From positions 40,283-104,282 of the forward strand of contig NMRA01000552.1 of assembly GCA_002633005.1 (NCBI GenBank): a stretch of 64,000 nt of DNA, in the 5' to 3' direction. This document shows, piece by piece, positions 1 through 64,000 of this stretch; position 1 is the stretch's first letter; each line of letters begins with the position of its first letter. The DNA is from Phoronis australis. Taxonomy: Eukaryota; Animalia; Phoronida. The translations under genes and the position numbers were made by a program. The notes beneath the pieces were generated by a model. That model was not told where the DNA came from. It ran no database searches and saw only the letters and a program-made list of their open reading frames with translations.

Positions 1-899
1 GTCAATTCCCAGCGTTGTGAACATTCAGTGCGTAACTGCTGAACGTGTTGATGTAACCATAATTTAATTCATAACCCAACACTAACGCATCATCTTACCG
101 CATGTAATCCGGAAGTGTTATTTTCTGACGAAAATGCATATTATTTTGTGATATCGGGCATCAGTCAAAAGTAATATCACTGAAGCGACCATTACTGTTT
201 TTGATAACTTCTTCTGTATTCCTTTCTCAGTGTCCGGCTGTGGCTTGGCATACAAATGGTGTCATCACACTGAGTCAAGTTACCAGTTGTGTAAACAAAC
301 TGGGCACTAGGATCTTAATTGACCTACCCTTGTAGAGCCTGCAATATTCTGATTATTATCCATTTCAATACTAAATATCAACATCACAGAAAGTTTTTAA
401 TGAATTATGAATCCCCCGATGTTAATACTTTTCCAAAACCTTGTTACACTTTTAGGTTATTCGTGCCTAACTGTCAGTGATCTAACTTTGCAAGAACTGT
501 TTTGATTAATTGTTGCGAAAAAGTTTAGCACTTGATGTAGCAAATAGAATTCTGTGGTTCACTGGCACAGCCAGAACTATCAACAAAAGTTGCTCGAAAA
601 CTTCCCGTAGTCTTTCATGATAAAAAAACACCGGTCCCGCCCCATAGCCGGCAACGTTTCACATCTGCCTTAACTGGTGACTGATAACCATTAATATGAC
701 ATTCACAGTTATCTTGAAGTTGACATTATATATCATTCTTTTTTCGGACATTATGATTCTACAAAAAAAAAAACAATGACTCAACGGGCTACAATACAAA
801 TCGGTTCGCCTGTCAGACTCCATTGACACTTGACTTTCCAATAACCAGAAACTCGGTTCGTGGACCTCCACTAGGTTCGACTGCATGTGTGTGACGTTA

Positions 900-1460
900 G
901 ATAGACAAAAAGGTCTTGGTCAACATTCACTTAGGGACAAGCTAAGGAGATAGAACCTGTAACCTGTTTCAGGGTGAATCAAAATGGAGAATATTCCAGG
1001 CCTTGAATTTACGCGACCACCCAACATACCGAGTCATACGTAACTTTTTTACAAATGACGTGGTAGGTGTACTTGTGACAAATGTTGCTCGAGAAGGGGA
1101 GCAAGTTGTCTTTGGCTCATAAACATGCCAAGTGAGGAGCCATGCAGCACCCCCCCATTGTGTTGAGGGAACTGCCGGCATCTCGTTGCAACAGAAGCAA
1201 ACCTCCACTTATTATTTGCCTGATGCTAACGTACATCATGTGCTGTGGGGCTCATTGTTTGCATGTCAGTGATGTGCCAACACTGTAGAGGTGGGTGTGG
1301 CACCTGTTTTGTCTGGTCCAAAATTTTCACCTCCGAACAGGTTGATATTGCAAAATTTAAATCATGCTACACAACTGCAAGGCAAGCTCTCCAAAGCCCA
1401 GTACGAGTTCCGTACGGAGCTTTACAGAAACTGCCCTGTCGCTTTTGTTTTGTTTACATC
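900..1460 (-). mobile_element. Degenerate tyrosine recombinase relic (DIRS/Ngaro-like retroelement)
   Basis: Minus-strand peptide PAVPS...SPSRATFV...TSFVKKLR followed by YRFYLLSLSLS resembles the C-terminal half of DIRS-type recombinases. It is frameshifted and the HSFRRG motif is not recognisable. Confidence 0.4.
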
Positions 1461-1462
1461 AA

Positions 1463-2090
1463 GAAAAAAAAAACAAACAAAAAAAACAGTGCAGGTGTCT
1501 TGATGTCATTTGCAGTGCATCAAACGTGCGCATACCTCATGGTTGGGCCCACTGCACAAAACAACTGAGCTAAAATAACGAGAGCCCGTTATGTTTCTTC
1601 ATTAAGGAAGTTTTCAAGTTTGCCTGTCTCCTTTAAGAAAACGGCCAAACGTTTCCAGTTGTTGCCATGCACTATATGTTGTAGGCACGTAACAGTGCCA
1701 TCCAGTAGGTTGCTCCTTAGCTGGGCAAGACTCTACTAGGTGTTTAGGGGTTTCAACGTGAGTATCACACTCGGGACACACTGGTCACCCCATACGGCCA
1801 GTAATGTGCCTGTGTCGGGCTAGGTTATAGTGGCCCGTCAAAATTTGAATGACGTGTCTTATGCCCAATCTATGTATACTCAGAAGGTTTTTTGAACCTG
1901 TTGGTTTGATCACGTTGGGAAAATTCTCCTTGGGTTCTCTGCAGGAGTTAAGTGATGCCTCTGGGCTAGTGACTGGGTACATACTCATTTGCAACATACT
2001 CATCCTGCAGCATCCTTAGGATACCGGAATAGCAGGATCAGGGTCACAACGCAGAATGGTGGCTCCTATCTTTGCGAGTAAGGGCCCTGG
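1463..2090 (-). mobile_element. 3' end of an I-group non-LTR retrotransposon (RNase H tail, CCHC knuckle, 3' UTR)
   Basis: Minus strand reads LAKIGA..DPDPAIPVS, then VIQILTGHYNLARHRHITGRMG, then (frameshifted) PVCPECD..ETPKHLVESCPA, then RLAVFLKETGKL*, followed by a T-rich tail. Confidence 0.75.
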
Positions 2091-2534
2091 CCAAGTGTAT
2101 TTTGACGATTAGCATCGTCCCTTTATTATGATTATAAATACTGAATCATGTCAAATTCACGAAAAAGCCTGAAGAAAAGGTAACATTACGAAAAATAAAG
2201 TGCCTTTGCTTACACTTCCTCGACTAATCTGAACACAAAAGATTTGAAAGGATATCAGCAAGTTACGAAGAACACCCCCAACCTGCAAACCAAAACTTCT
2301 AAGTTCATCCCTGGGTGTCCTTCACATTATCCCCAAATACGTCAAGCGTCGTGTGTGTATCTCTTTGGTTTTCTTGAGCGTGAGCGCGTGTGTGCGTGGT
2401 CGTATGACTCGGAAACTTTAGAAGTTAACAAATTCATGTCTGCAAGATTGACAATTCTAAAATTAGTTGATGGACAGTATTGCAAATTTTGAAACTGATA
2501 CAAAAATATGTATTTTGTGAATACGCAGATCTGT

Positions 2535-2806
2535 ACGGTGACCCAAAGATGACATTGAAAAAAAAACACAACGAAAAAAATTCACTTTTCCGCCTCCGTG
2601 AAAACTTTCTCCCCAGAACAAAATTCTTTGAGGAGAGAAACTTTCCGCCGCGGAGAAAGTTTTTTTCCGTGGACAAAAATTTTCTCCTCGGTGGAAATGC
2701 TTTCTCCGCAGAGATTTTGTTTCCGTGGAGAAAACGTTTTCTATGGGAGAAAAATGATTTTAGTTTTCGTAATGTCATTTTTTCAATGTCAGGGTTGGGC
2801 CACCGT
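2535..2806. mobile_element. MITE with ~30-bp TIRs enclosing a ~20-bp palindromic minisatellite
   Basis: Left end ACGGTGACCCAAAGATGACATTGAAAAAA vs reverse complement of right end ACGGTGGCCCAACCCTGACATTGAAAAAA. The interior repeats TTTCTCCGCGGAGAAA-like units. Confidence 0.75.
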
Positions 2807-2853
2807 TGACCTGTGCTTGTTACTAATTTAACAATGGACTATGAATGTTTCAG

Positions 2854-62147
<59,294 letters not shown>

Positions 62148-63414
62148 GTATCATGAAACCTGTGTGTTAATTTATAAATCTCTTTGAGGTTATTCTCCTG
62201 TATTACAAGCGAGCCCATGTATGGCCAAGATAGACAATTGTATTATTTATAGACTTACAAACACTCTGATACTATCTTCATTCATCGATATGTATGAAAA
62301 GCTTTTGAATAGGGCATGCTACGTGTTAAAACAAACTTTGTTGTTTTGCTGACTTTCGTACTTTTGCAGGCATGTAAAAGTGCGTACAATACTATCTCTG
62401 GATAAAACATATGGAATGAGAAAACACATTGATGATTCTGTTTTCAATGTTATTTGCGACAAAGTCTACTATTACGAGAAATGCTATTAATCACATGTTT
62501 TTTTTAAAAAACATGTGTTTTTTTAAAACCTTTGAATTGACAACTCAGATGGACCATCTAGTGGCTAGCGCCAGAACTGAACAATGCGATCCGCCTAGAG
62601 TCATCGTTTCTACTGCTAATGCACCATATCGACTTTTCAAACTGGTCAAGCTGAAAAATGTACGAAACAACGTCAGCTTATCTAGCTTATCAAAATGTGA
62701 GCAATAGTAACGGACATTTCATATTGGCGCTCTCTAATGAAAGTGTGAAAGTGACTTCCGCTTCATCCCGACTCAGATTTGGTCAACAGAAATTGCTACA
62801 TAGTGGTTCATTAATCTAAAAACATAGAAATAAGTCCCACTGTCAGTCCCTCCCATTTTTTTGTCCTTGTTCCATAATTTGTTTGAGTTTTTCGACATAG
62901 GGTGGGATAAAAAATTTCACTTCATTAGTCGCAGCCCTGATTTCGCAGTGCTTGGAATTTTCTTCGCGGTGGGAAATACCCTTCATCCATATCAATAAAT
63001 TTGCATTTCTCTGTAAACCTTTAGAACATCCCACCGCACACCAGTGTAAATGTTCTGGCATTATGAGGCGCAGGAAAGGTATCAAGATGCTGTTTGTGCC
63101 ACTAGGTTGAACCACCCCCCCCGTTCGTATTACATGGGATCAGTAGATGGCACTGAACGTCTCCCATCACCGCATGTATTTCAATATGGTTTGGCTGTTT
63201 CCCAAGTCGGCTATTAATTGTTACTGAATCCTCACAATGTCGAATGTTTTGAGGAGGTAATTTTCTGTTCGTAATTTTTTCTGGCTCCAAAATTGTCTTA
63301 TTTCCGCTTGTAGAAATTGACAATTTTCAGCCTTTGCAGTCGGTACCGTGTGTCACTTAGATCGCCATTATACGTTTGTTCCGTAATTAAAGTATGATGA
63401 TCTAGTGACCCTAG

Positions 63415-63560
63415 GTACTGTAGCACGACAGTTGACCACCCCTTTTGTTACTGACGTTTTGTTCGGTTCGATACCGGGGAGTCACTATTATAAAAGGCAC
63501 TTTGATCTATATTGCCCACTTGTCGTTCGGAACGAAGATTTTGGCATAGTAGTAAGTTAA
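63415..63560 (+). mobile_element. Degenerate tRNA-derived SINE
   Basis: B-box-like GGTTCGATACC at ~63466 with a weak upstream A box. Confidence 0.35.
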
Positions 63561-64000
63561 GCAGTACTTTCAGTTGTGAATACTGTTATGGGTAAATGTG
63601 GTAATATACATATACATCTCGCATTCCTTGGTCCAATATAGGCTTCGAGCTATTCGACCACAGAACGTTAGAAATGTCTGTCATTTTAAACAAGACCCAT
63701 TTCTATAAAGGCTTGCTTCCAAACTTTTCCTGTCTTCATGAGCGTCTACGATCGTAAAACATGAAATAGGGTCAAAAGCGTGATCCCCGCATGCAAATTG
63801 ATAAAGTAGATCATTTGATGTCATTCCCAGAATAAGGAGTCGATCTGTCAAAGAATTCGCAACTCAAAACTCATTTGACGCGCAATTGCTTTTGCTGTAA
63901 CGTTCACCTTTACCCAACAGTCAATTACCACCTCAAGTGAACCGCCACGTACCCACATTAGCTATAGCTCGAGTTAAAAAAACATTGCAGGCAGTCGGAT

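Noticed and set aside
231-335. Strong acceptor at 230 as a candidate upstream ABCC exon
   Set aside because: The phase-0 frame hits a stop before any good donor, and similarity to the MRP N-terminus is unconvincing.
2434-2831. Overlapping 77-114 aa ORFs, and similar ORFs over 17741-18170
   Set aside because: They are by-products of low-complexity repeats that lack stop codons.
62148-62155. GTATCA donor as a U12-type intron
   Set aside because: The sequence is GTATCATG, not the U12 consensus GTATCCTT.
62843-63115. THAP-like start MPEHLHWCAVGCSKG
   Set aside because: The downstream THAP residues (FP, W, C-x-x-HF) are not recognisable.

Overview
Eukaryotic, AT-rich (probably marine invertebrate) genomic window. 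It is spanned by one plus-strand, intron-rich gene for a long-type ABCC transporter (MRP1/ABCC1-like, TMD0-L0-TMD1-NBD1-TMD2). I traced 24 GT-AG exons from 2854 to 62147 with mutually consistent phases. The first exon(s) lie upstream and NBD2 lies downstream of the window, and one exon is cut by an assembly gap (N at 59320). The introns hold decayed mobile elements: an I-group LINE 3' end, a DIRS-like tyrosine recombinase relic, an internally deleted Tx1/L1 LINE, hAT, pogo+PHD, Sola3-like and Academ-like relics, Helentron/HINE-like elements, MITEs, tRNA-derived SINEs and a Penelope-type minimal hammerhead. The most notable observations are: strongly rewritten substrate-pocket helices with an intact NBD1; an ~8.9 kb TTAA-type element with convergent splice signals in the longest intron; flip/flop hairpin isomers in a triplicated element end; inverted intronic repeats bracketing 600 nt of exons; and AG|GT ratchet-like sites. 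No prokaryotic-type system such as CRISPR is present. All family assignments rest on motifs recognised by eye, not on database searches.
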